Shown here: one piece after another, positions 34,377-45,100 of the stretch
Layout of the letters: every line of letters begins with the position of its first letter
Position numbering within the stretch: position 1 is the stretch's first letter
Assembly (NCBI RefSeq): GCF_009914755.1
Contig: NC_060925.1
Direction: 5' to 3' (one strand)
DNA: 64,000 nucleotides
Origin: the human T2T-CHM13v2.0 reference genome, Homo sapiens
The notes under the pieces: model-generated
What the model was told of the DNA's origin: nothing
What the model saw: the letters and a program-made list of their open reading frames with translations, nothing else
Databases searched by the model: none
Translations under genes and position numbers: made by a program

Positions 34377-37300
34377 CTCTGTCATGCGGGGCTTGCGGGA
34401 GCTGGATGGCACAAGCCTTCCTGCCTCAGGATGCGGAGCTGTGGCCATGGTGTATGTCTCTTTGCTCACTTTCTGCTTAGACCTCAGGAGGGACAAAGCA
34501 GCTTTAGTGGAAACCCCCGGAAGGTTGGGGTTGTACAAACTTATGCACCAACCAGCGTAAACAGAGGACCTCCTATCTGCATGCTGGATGTGATTTGGCT
34601 TAATGTAGTTTAAATAGCACCAACTGACATTAGTGGTTGTGTGGAGGCTGGGGAACTGCAGTACCTTCTTTGAGTCCGTACCTTCTTGTGACTTGGCTGG
34701 TCTGGAGGACGTTTCTGACAGAGGCAGAGAGCTCGGAGGTGCCAAGGAGGGGAGATCAGGTTGTTCCTTGGAATCTTCTTTCTTCACGCTCAGTGGGGTC
34801 AACCCTCTTCGGTGAGGTTTGCCAGATGGCTGGGGATATTCCTTCAAAGCTTCTGAGCCTGGGGCTGTCCCATGGGACAATGCAGGGTGAGGGAGGGGAG
34901 GAATTTCCTTTGTGTCAGATGGATCTGAGGACAGGCTGGACAGCATTTCTAGCTCCCTCCTGCCTTGGCCCTGGTTGCCTAAGTGGGATTTCTCTGGCCT
35001 CTTCCCATCCTCGGTGCTGGTAAGGACCACACTGCATGGTTTTACCAGCTCAAGTTTTTCATCTGCCTTGGAAGCCTCCTCCTCCTTCACTCTTTTTTGC
35101 TGCTGGGTTTCCATGGTAAGTTCAAGGCTGCCAGCTGGTGAAAGGACACGTTTGCTTCCCCCTGCTGTTGATGAACTCCCCTCCAGGCTCAAGATACTCT
35201 CTGATGACAGGGAAGTGCCTTTTCTTTCAGGTAATGTCACAGGCACTCTCAGGTATGGAGTTGGGAAAGCTCTGCTTTGCTCTTCACTTAACCCAGAAGG
35301 GCCGGGCCCAACCTCATGCACATCTGCACCACATACAGTCGTCCCCTTTGATGGGGGTTCCTCAAACTTGGGAAGTGCCACAGTTGCTGAGCTGCCTTGG
35401 GACTGGGTGACCAAGATCTGGGAAAGGGTGGTGTACATTGCGCTCCCATAGGACGGCATATTGGTCTGAACACGGACAGGCACAACCAGGGACACCATGG
35501 TGTCTGGACAGGCAGGCAGGGCCAGTGGAGGAGCTGATGTAGGTGCTGAGGAGCTGGCTGGGGGAGCCACAGGGGGTAGCCGGATGTCACTGCTGTACTC
35601 TGTGCTGGGGGAGAGGCCAGCACTTCCTGTTGCCAGTGGGGCCAGGCTGGTTTTGATCTGGGGCAGATGGCTTTCCACATCACCAGGGAGCTGAAGTGCA
35701 AACTGGGATTGCAGAGGCAGGAAAAACCCAGAAGACAGTGCTGAGGAGGTCGGGTATGGCATGGGGAGGAAGGAAGGGGGTTGCCTGAAGGGGATGTTGG
35801 CTGGGTGAGGCATGAGCTGGGGGAGATGGAGTTGGCCTGGGTGCAGAACAGTAGGCTGGAGAGGAAGCGGTGGGGCTTGAAATAAGGAGGGAGGAAGTGG
35901 GGGCATGGAGTATGGTGAGGACAGGAGGCTGGACATGGCCTGGGTGGAGAAGAATTCTGGAGACTGTCCTGGCTCATGCTGCACGAGATGCTGGAAGGAG
36001 AAAAGGGAGACTGGTGGGGGCAGGTATGGCTTCTCATGCAGGGGTGTCTGGGCAACGGGGTGGTGGAACACTTGCAGTGCTTCTGTGTAGGGCACAGTGG
36101 GCCCCAATGGGGGCCTGTCCTGCCCTGGGCCCTTGCCTCCCGGGGGTCCACCATGTGAGGTGGCCGCAGAGGAAATCTGGGACAATGAGCTTTTGGCAGA
36201 GGGTTTACTGGATGAGGGCTGTGGTTCTTCGCTCTCCTGTCTTCCCTTGGGGGCAACCTCCAACTCAGATTCTGGAGGCCTGCTCAGAGAGGCCTGTCTC
36301 ACCAAGAAGCATTTTCTTCTCTCTGGCGGGGCCACCCGCGCTGGTGGAGCCACTGGGGCTGGAGCAGAAGGGCCTGTCAAGGACAAGCTGCCATAGTCAA
36401 AGGATTTGCTGCGTGTCTCGGTCATGTGGGCAGAATGGGAAACGTTGGGGCTCTGCTCTGAGGCTGACCTCCGCATCTCTCGGGCATGTGGGTGGTGGCT
36501 GGGGACAGTCAACATGTGGGTGCCCAGGGGTTTGGGGCGCATGTCAGATGAGGGACTGGGGGCCTCGGCTTTCCCATGGTCATCCCTCTCAAACGAGGCT
36601 GAGCGGCTGGACCCACTCAAAGAGACATTGCTTTCCTGGCTCGGGCTGCGAGACAGAGGCACAGAGGACTCGAAGCTGGACTCCCCTGATGATTGGGCCA
36701 TCTCTGCCAGGCGCAACCTCTTCTTTTTGGGTGGCAGCTTCTCAGCTGGGAGCTGGGCAAGTGTCTGGCTGCGCTGGGGCCATTGGAACTCCTCAGTCTT
36801 CTCAGGTTCCTTAGGGGGCGGCTCTGGCTCTGTGTCCGGCCGGTCAGGCTCCTCAGTTACTAGGATCTCAGGAACCTGAATGTTGGGCTGGCGGACCAAC
36901 TTAGGCTGCAGGGAGTGAGCAGAGCGTCCGTGTGGGGCAGGTGGGGGTGATGGGAACTGGGCCAGAGGTTTGTCTTCCCCTTCCAAGCCACTCGGCTGCT
37001 CGAGAGAATCAGATTTCTCAAAGGAGCTGGTGTGCTGGATGACAGAAATTTCTTTGGACGTTGTTCTCCTCTCCTTCCCTGATTCTGAACCGGACCCTGG
37101 CTTGGGAGTCCTTGGCTGGAAGCCCGTGGGTCCCTCCAAGGAGGGCACTGATTTACTTGGTTCTGCTGGTGACTTGGTGGACTCCAGGGGAAGGTTCCGA
37201 GCAGCATCAGATGGCCCGGGGCTGCCAAACTGACTTTTTGTGGACTCAAAGGCAGGTGGCTCTTCCTCGTCCCCAAGGCTCTTCTCTTTCCTCCTCTTCC

Positions 37301-39437
37301 TCAGTGGAGTGAGTTCCAGGGTGGTTCCCAGTTTGTAATGCATCATTTGGGACCACGGCTCATGCTCAATCTGACTCTTTTCAGCTTCTGGAGATGTGTG
37401 GGTGCCTGCAGAGATGGGCTTTGCGATCTGAAGCTCTGAGCAGTAGTATTTTTTGTGGGCTTCGTAGTTATCCCTTTTCTTGTACCGAGCACCACATATG
37501 TTACATTCGTAGATCACCCCTTTTGTTTTCAAACCCTTCTTGGTCTTTTTGGTAAGCTCGCTTTCCTTGGGTTCCACTTCGTCCGAGGGCTTGGAGGCTG
37601 TGTCTTTGCTGCTTGGGCCAGGCTCCTCAGAACTGTATTCCCCTCCCAAAGGTAATTCGATTGCCGGCTGGCGCTTCAGCATCCGGGGGTGGGAGGTAAA
37701 CACGTGACTGCTGCGGCTCAGGGCTTCGGAGTCGGTGATATGGTCATCGAAGGAGTAGCTACCTCGGAAGGGGTGGTGGGGGGTGCTGATAGTGCAGGCG
37801 GCAGAAGGCATTGAGTGGCTTCTCAGGAGAGGCACAGGGGGGGCGGTACTGGGCGGGTGCTGGAGGCTCAGCAGTGATTGTTCAGGCTTGGTTTTCTCAC
37901 TGTGGGATGACAGGGGCTCCCGGTAGAGGCTGGATTTTGGGGACTCCATGCTGCTGCGCCTGGACAGTGAGCTCCGCCTTGGCTTCACGCTGTCGATCTC
38001 ACTGGTGTCCACCACGGCCTCGTTGATGGTGATGAGCTTCGTGATGTGCTCGATCACCTGCGTCCGGGGTACAGACAAAGGCACCAGGCTGGGCTTGTCT
38101 TCGGTGGAGAGGGGCAGGAGGGGCTGGGTGGAGGTGGCTGTCAGCATGGCGGTCCGCTGTCCTATTCGCCCACACTTGCCAAAGATGATCTCAGCGTAGG
38201 ACTTGGCGTTGGTGTTTGGGGGGCTGACCTGCTGCTCTGCACTCTCGGAGCGAGAGAAATACCCAGACTCAGTACTCCCTTTGCTGCCTGGGCTCAGAAA
38301 CGCCTGCTCATCGATCACCTTCTTCCTCTCGCTTAAGCGGAGGGCCAGCTTCTGCTTAATCGTGTGGGTGTCTTCAGGTTTATGGCTCAGGGGGTGCTCA
38401 GATGAGGGTTCCACAAATGGAGGGGGGTCTTCGAGTGACTGGGCTGTGCTGGACTGGGACAGGGAACAGCGTTCGTGGCTGGAACTGTGGCTCCCAGAGC
38501 TGTATAGCCCGCTGGAGAGAAGGGGCTGCTTGGGTCTTGGGGAGAGCTCTGCAGGGTGACCAGAGGTGGCACTAGTCTCCTCTTCAGAATCTGTGCTTTC
38601 TCCCTCAGTGGGCTCCTCAAACTCTTCCCCAGGGATCCGCTCCATCTCCAGCCCATGTGGGTACATCTCGCCACCCATGCCTGAGGCCAGGCCTGCTTTG
38701 ATGCGGTGGGCATGGGACTTCCTGTGCTTGTAGAGATTACTCTTGGTCTTGAAGGAGAAGCCACAGGGGCCGCAGGGGTAGGGCCTCTCACCTGTGTGTG
38801 AGCGAATGTGCTTCTGGAGCACGCTGGGCTTGGCACAGGGCCGGCTGCAGTACTGGCAGATGTACTTGCCTGGCTTCTGGGGCTTCCTCTCCTTCTTGTG
38901 TGCCTCTTCTGTGGGCTTCAAGGAGACCTGGGAAGGACGAGGCACGAAGACTTTGGGGACTCCAGGAAGGTCCTCGGGGGGAATGATGGAAGCGTGGGAA
39001 GGAAGGAGCTGGCTCTGAGGATGGAGCCCAGGGGCCACGAAGGAGCCAGAGGGTCCAGGTCTCATGGGGTCAACCAGTTGCCATGTGGACCCCTCCAGGA
39101 GATGCTCAGGTTTGCCAGGCGACATGAATGCTGGTGTCAGAGGGTGCTGCGGAAGCTGTGAGATGTGGACGGATGCTTCGATGGGGGGCCTTTTGGGGGG
39201 CTTCTGCTGCTGGCCCGTTTTCTCCTGAGAGCCTTCCCTAAGAACTGATGAGGGGCCCGGGAAGGGCTGCGGGGCTAAGAGCTCTTGGGCGGGGCTCTCT
39301 TGGGTGGCAGCTGTGCCGCTGCCTGGGTATGGGATGCTGGAAGAAACACTGGTCTGAATGGCCTCTCCTTTGGTCAGCCGCTTCCGGGGACTTCCCTCAG
39401 CCTTCTTGGTGCCCTTGACACTTTGTTCAGGATCCAT
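34377..39437 (-). CDS. HIVEP3: HIVEP3 (Schnurri-3/KRC/ZAS3) first coding exon, codons 1-1687
   Basis: Part of ORF 34248..39446. First ATG at 39437 has strong context (GTC ATG G) and reads [21 protein letters not shown]. Contains the ZAS-family finger pair [53 protein letters not shown]. Canonical donor ACAGAG|gtaagt at 34377/34376; 5061 coding nt, phase 0. Confidence 0.97.
36708..36734 (-). other. HIVEP3: Basic motif PPKKKRLRL (aa 902-910): NLS-like / MAPK D-domain
   Basis: Seen in translation. Matches the SV40-type NLS and D-domain consensus; an ERK-binding D-domain in Schnurri-3 is recalled from the literature. Confidence 0.7.
37440..37511 (-). other. HIVEP3: Solitary CCHC-type zinc finger (aa 643-666)
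   Basis: [24 protein letters not shown], pattern C-x2-C-x12-H-x4-C. Confidence 0.85.
38706..38864 (-). other. HIVEP3: N-terminal C2H2 zinc-finger pair (aa 192-244)
   Basis: Two C-x2-C...H-x3/5-H fingers joined by a TGERPY linker. Confidence 0.95.
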
Positions 39438-39958
39438 GACCTTCACAAAGACTTCAGATGCTATTCAGGGAGAGTCAGGGCGGGCTGCATTTATGAATAA
39501 TCCCAGTGTCCCAAGGAGGTGTCCAGCTTTGGCCACATTGGTCAAGAGCTGTGGGAGCCAAACCCAAGACGGCTTTGGGAGTTTTTTGCAAGTGTCACTG
39601 GCTGTGAGTGGACTCGGAGCAGGTCATCAGGGCCCACGCTATTCTATTGGTGAGGCATGGCCCTCTACTTTGCAGACAGAAAACGCACCAGCACTTTCTG
39701 CCTGAATGTCTGTCGGGAAAACGTCATGAAGGATGTCAGTATTGCCATTGTATTGTTTCAGCTGGCAGTGGCAGGTGGCCCCCACGAGTCCCCCGTGTGC
39801 TATGCAAACGGTTGAAGGTTGGAGACATCTGTGTCCATGGCCCAGTCATCCCTGGTCCTGGCACAAGAGATGCCACGCTGGATGCTGGGGGTGGCTCTTC
39901 TCCCCTTTAGTTCTGGGTTGGAGATCAACGGCCTTGGAGGAGAAATCACGCTCTTCTT
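39438..39958 (-). other. HIVEP3: 5'UTR part (521 nt) of the giant HIVEP3 exon; whole exon 34377-39958
   Basis: Acceptor tctatcacacag|AAGAAGAG at 39959/39958, preceded by a pyrimidine/UG tract. Agrees with my recollection of a c.-521 exon start. Confidence 0.8.
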
Positions 39959-42048
39959 CTGTGTGATAGATGTACACACACACAGAAATACACACACACA
40001 AAAGAGAAGACAGAGTTACTGGGACTCATGCACAGCCTGGGCAGCCCAGACTCGGTGCCACACCTGGCTGAGACCCCTCAAAAGTTAACCAGGGAAACTC
40101 AAGCAGAACCACAGGCTCCGGCTCCACATGCCCAAGCCCTGCAATTCTTTCCTCCCCCGCTCCCATGTCAGTGTTGGGTGACCTGAATGCCAGTGTGTTT
40201 CTGAGGACTGTGGCCATGTGGGATGCTGAGAACAGAAGGCAAAGTGGGCTCTGGGAACTGCAGGGTGGTTAGGGACAGAGGCCTGGGCTCTCATCTCTGT
40301 TTTGTGATCCACTCTGAGTGGGTCTAAGCTCTCTAAGCCTCAGTTGCCTAATCGGTAAAACAGATAACAAATCCTGCCTCGACTGTGCCTCGGAGCTGCA
40401 GTGGGCCCAATGACATTGGAGATGCAGATGCTGCTGGGTGAACTCTGGATGGGGCCATGGCTGGTGCAGGAGGGAAGTGCCTGTGGTTTATTCAGGGGTG
40501 AGTTTTCCAAGGGGTAGATTATTCTCAGGTTAGTATTTCTCTCTGGCCCTGGGTTCTGAAAGTGTCCACAAGGGACATCATTCACTGCTTTTTACCCCAT
40601 TGCTAACCCGCACCCCAGCCCATGTTTGAAGACAAAACTGCAAACTACTGCCACAGCCTGTGAGAACTTACAATCTGACACAGCTGTGACCATTTGCTTG
40701 ATCCAAGCAATTGCCAGGAGGATCATTCTGGAAGGTTCCTCTGGCTTTGCAGCCTTTCCTTGTCCAGTCAGTGCCCTGGGGATGCCATGGAAATATGGGG
40801 ATCATTGCCCTCAAGTGGAGGAGCAAAGTTGGTCTGCATATAGCCCCAAGTGTGTGCCTCCTCCTAGGGCCAGCTGCAAGCAGGGCAGTCTCAGCTTCCT
40901 GGGCTCAGGTGCATCCTCAGGGCCCTCCTCCCCAGGAACAGGGTCGGAATCCCAAGGCTGGAGTCACCATGGACTCCATCTCACCCAACCACCTGACTTT
41001 GGACATCATGAAGATGGCTTACTGAAGGTCCCGTGTTGCTAACAGGCAGTGTTGCCACCTGGACCCAGGCCTCCCATGGCCAGAGTTTGTTCCCCAGCCC
41101 CTTCTCAGGTGTCCATCCCCTGGCATCCCTTGGCGAGGCCCTGGGTGAGTGATGAGCATCTCTGTGCTTGCTTTTTCTCCTGTGAGCATGCCCTACCCCC
41201 GGCATCCTGCCCTCAGGCTCCCCTCATGCTCACACTCTGCGTTTCACTAGGTGTGTGATGATACAGACTTGAAAATGCCACTTACTACATTTTTGCAGGT
41301 GCTCAGAAGACGAACAAGTCTTTAAGACTCAAATAATTGTCTCTTAAAGGGCAGGGCCCTCGGACACTGTGATATGCTTTGGAGGAGCAGGTGATTTGAT
41401 CTTTTAGCTAAAAAGCATATCCTCTAAGTTCACTCCTTTTGTGTGCCTTTTCTACTTGGTGCTACAAAGAATTCAAAGTAACTATAACAAAACCATATTT
41501 ATAGAAGAATGACAAACTATAAATATGAGAAAATCATAAATAAGAATAACAAATCAGAACAAAGAAAATGGAAATAAGGCAAAAAGTCAGGATTGGTGGG
41601 ATAAAAAGAGTACTGCTATACCAATAATAAGGACTTATGGTGTTTCTATAATTCAGCTATATATTTATATATGAGCTTCCTGGCAGCCAAGGAGAAAAGG
41701 GAGATTTGGTCCATTATGGAGTCTTATAGCCAGACAGGATGGAACATCTAAGTTTCTTGCAAAACTTTTTCATGTAGCACTTCAGTCAGGAGCAGTGAAT
41801 GATGCAGGAGATCATTTATGTCTTCAATGACACCCCTCTGGTCATTGAATACAGTGACGGATTCAATGACATCCCTCTAGTCATTGGATATGGTGCAAAT
41901 ACAGTGATTGATATTTGTCAATGAAAGACTGTGTATCAGCAGAGATTCTCCTATGAGCAGTCAAAGGCCTCCTGTGACTTGTACCAAAGCAGGCTGAGTG
42001 TGGGGAAGACAGACAAATCTCATTTCATTAGATTACATCTCAGTCAAC

Positions 42049-42179
42049 AGGGTGGCCATATAAGATACCATCCAAACTGGGACACTTGGAGAATGAAATG
42101 GGAACTACTAACAATCATCGAGGAACAACAGGAATAAACAAAGACAGTCCCAGGCAAACCAGGACAAAATGGTTACCCT
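42049..42179. mobile_element. Short non-autonomous DNA transposon (hAT-Blackjack, MER94-like)
   Basis: 131 bp bounded by imperfect inverted termini agggtggccat / atggttaccct, with internal ctgggac / gtcccag. Confidence 0.65.
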
Positions 42180-45100
42180 TACAATTAATATTTGCCTTAC
42201 GGCCAAAACTAGGCATAAGTGCCAACTGTCTCTGGGTGTCTCATACATACTTTTGATCTCTTCTATGGAGACTAAAGTTACACCGTGATCTTCTGATAGA
42301 TTCTTAGAGACTGACTGTCTAGTCCATTCCTCTCACTTGACAGAAGAGACTGAAGGCTAGAAAGGTGATATGATTTTCCCTGAAAATCACACGGGAATGG
42401 TGGCAGGACTGGACCATCCTGTGCCTCTTGACCCCCCAGCCAGGACTGTCTCCCACCTCAATTAACAGAAGTTCTCTGTGGCTTCTGTGGCATGATGCGC
42501 ACTGCAGTCTATGGCCCCTAGTCCTATGGAAGCACCGGCATGGCCCCAGGGGACATCGCTGTATCCACGGCAAGAGGGAGTAAGGAATTGTCTAGCATCT
42601 GAACAATAGAGTTGCCCTTTCAACCTATGTCCTAACCACACTGCAGCTGCTGGACAGAAGAAAGGGGAGCCCAGCAAAGGTCGGGGAACTCGTCCTGGCA
42701 GCCTTACCCCAGGTCTTGCTTACCTAAGCTAAGGCGGGCAGAAGTGCTGAGCCTTCTAAAAATCAGACATGGTAGACATGGTTTGCAGCACAGAGAGAAC
42801 TGCTCTTTGGGCTGGGCTGGGCCTCCTCAGCCTGGCTGCACTGTGATGGAGAGGCCTTTGGGTGCTATGTGTGGATAATCAAGGGTTGGCTATACTTACT
42901 ATTCTTATTGATCCTTTCATGCAAGGATCTGAGAGCAGCCCCAAAACACCAGCTAGTGGTAAGCTTTGCTTCTTCCGATGGATGGATGGGACCCTGCAGC
43001 ATGACTGGGTGGTGAAATGATCAATCTGAGTGGGGGTCAGCTGGCCAGGCAGAACTCTACATTGCTTAGTCCTGCCTTCTCCCCTCACTGAGCCACAAGG
43101 CTCTCCTTGGCAGGTGGTGGAGCGCCCAGCAGCTGGGGTTTGGTGCAATTCCCAGGGCCAGGTGGGAGGGGCAGGGTAGATGAAGGAGACAGTCAGATGA
43201 CTGCTGCATCATCAGATGACTACAGGGCCAGCACTGCCTGCCCAGGGTCAGTGTCCAGCCTGCACCTGTGGGCTGGACATGGTGTTTCTCCAAGCAGAGG
43301 CCTCCTACCCACACTTCTGAGTGGGGAGCAAAAAGGCCACAGGAGCACCGTTGGCTGCCAGGGCGCAGAGTGAGCGAGGCCTGTGAGCTGGAGGGGCCAC
43401 CCTGTCATTCTGCACAACAGGCATCTGAGCCATGGTGGAGGGTGGCTAGCCCAAGCCACACTGGGGCTTGGACTTCTGGACTAGTGCTCTCTGCCAGCCT
43501 GCTCTACCACACCATGACAGGTCTGAAGTGCTTAAGAGGAGGGGCAGGGGGAGAAGGGCAGCCAGGACCACAGGTGCAGATGTAGGGGAACCTGCAGGAC
43601 CTAAGGAGACTTCTGTCTTGGAATGGATTCCAAATGTGGTGCGGCATAAACCGAAGGACCGTTCTAATGACTGTGACCAACAGACACTAAGAAAATGGTT
43701 CTTTTCTACCTTCTGTGGTTCTGAGGGTATGTGTGAAATTTTAACACAAACTTGAAGTGATAAAGAAAAGAGCCACTTTTCCGGGGAATTGGTGAGAGCA
43801 CCTGTAAAAGTCACCAGAGAAATGGGCCCAGGAGCTGGGCCAACAGAGGCCTGAACCCCAGACCAGAAGAGGATGGACAGCCTCTACTGATGGTCACAGA
43901 ATGGGCCATGAGGCCAGTGAGAGCTCTCGCTCAGAGACCAGCTTATAACCCTGAGGGGAACCTGAGCTTCAGCAGCCAACTGGTTAGCTCCCACTTCAAG
44001 AAGCTTCCTTTGGTCTAGCTGTGGGAGCAGCCCAATAGGAAGGAGATCGGGACTTGCTGGGGTTGGAGCCACAAAAGCCTCAGGGGAGTGGGAAGTAATG
44101 GAGGAGCCCGGGGCCAAGGCAGGGAGGCCTGAAGCTCTGGAACCAAACTGGAAAGCACCTTCTGTATCGAAGGCGTCAGGACAACATGACCATGGCCCAG
44201 GGTGGACACCCCAGAGGACATTTCCAGAGGGCAGGTGGGAGATGGGCTCTCTCAGGTAGACAATTCCACCAGTCCTGGCAGGAGGCCAGCTTGAATCTGC
44301 CTTGGGCTCTAGACTGAGGAGCTGGGGTCCCCGGTCAAAGTTAGATAAGGCTGGGGCAAGATAGGGGCAGGGGCCTGATGTCCAAGGAGCTGTTAGGCTA
44401 AGCTGGCCCCAGGCTGGTGGGGCTTAATACAGCTCTTTGCTTGTAATTTACTTACACACACACACCCCCACATATCCCAACATGCCAAAATCTGGTCAAA
44501 AATTTTACTGGCAGTAATAAAACATACTGATGTCAAAAATATAAGAAAACTTTCCTATTAACTTTAATACCTGGGAACCCAGGGCACAAGGCCACAGGCT
44601 GAAGAGGAGGCACTCAGTAAATATTCTTATTTAATGACCTAGCAACAAAGCCAGTGCCCCTTCTAAAAATCTCTGTGTACAACACTCTGTGTGTGTGCAT
44701 GTATGCATGTGTGTGTTTAAGCTGGAGCAGAATTCTTCACTTGCAAAAAAATACTAAAAGTGGCTGTGGGCTCAGGTGGTGGCAAAACAAGCCAGATATA
44801 AGCATATGGGTCTGGAGACTAACAGGGATTGGTAGTCAAAGAGTCACAGAAGGATGTCTGGGCAAAGAGAGAGGCCAAGGTCAAGGCGGAGCTCTGGCTG
44901 GGAACAGGGATTGTGGCAGAGACTGAATATTTCTTCCATTAGCCAGTTCTCTTTCTTGTAGTAATCAAAGGCCCCCAAGCTGGGTCTATGGCCACCAGCT
45001 AGAGGCTGCCTTTCCCAGCCTCTCTTGCAGCTAGTTCTGGCCAATGATGTATGCAACTTCTAGGCCACAGCCAGAAGGAAAAGTGCTTGCCCTCCACCTC

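Noticed and set aside
35870-36814. 314-aa antisense ORF and other plus-strand ORFs over the exon
   Set aside because: Expected shadows of GC-rich coding sequence, with no recognisable domain.
34248-39446. 1732-aa ORF taken as a complete single-exon protein
   Set aside because: It starts at a GTG three codons before the real ATG and runs past a consensus donor. The spliced gene continues in downstream exons; read-through is kept only as a hypothesis.
41823-41907. CRISPR-like repeat-spacer array
   Set aside because: Only two units, in a eukaryotic intron, with no cas genes.
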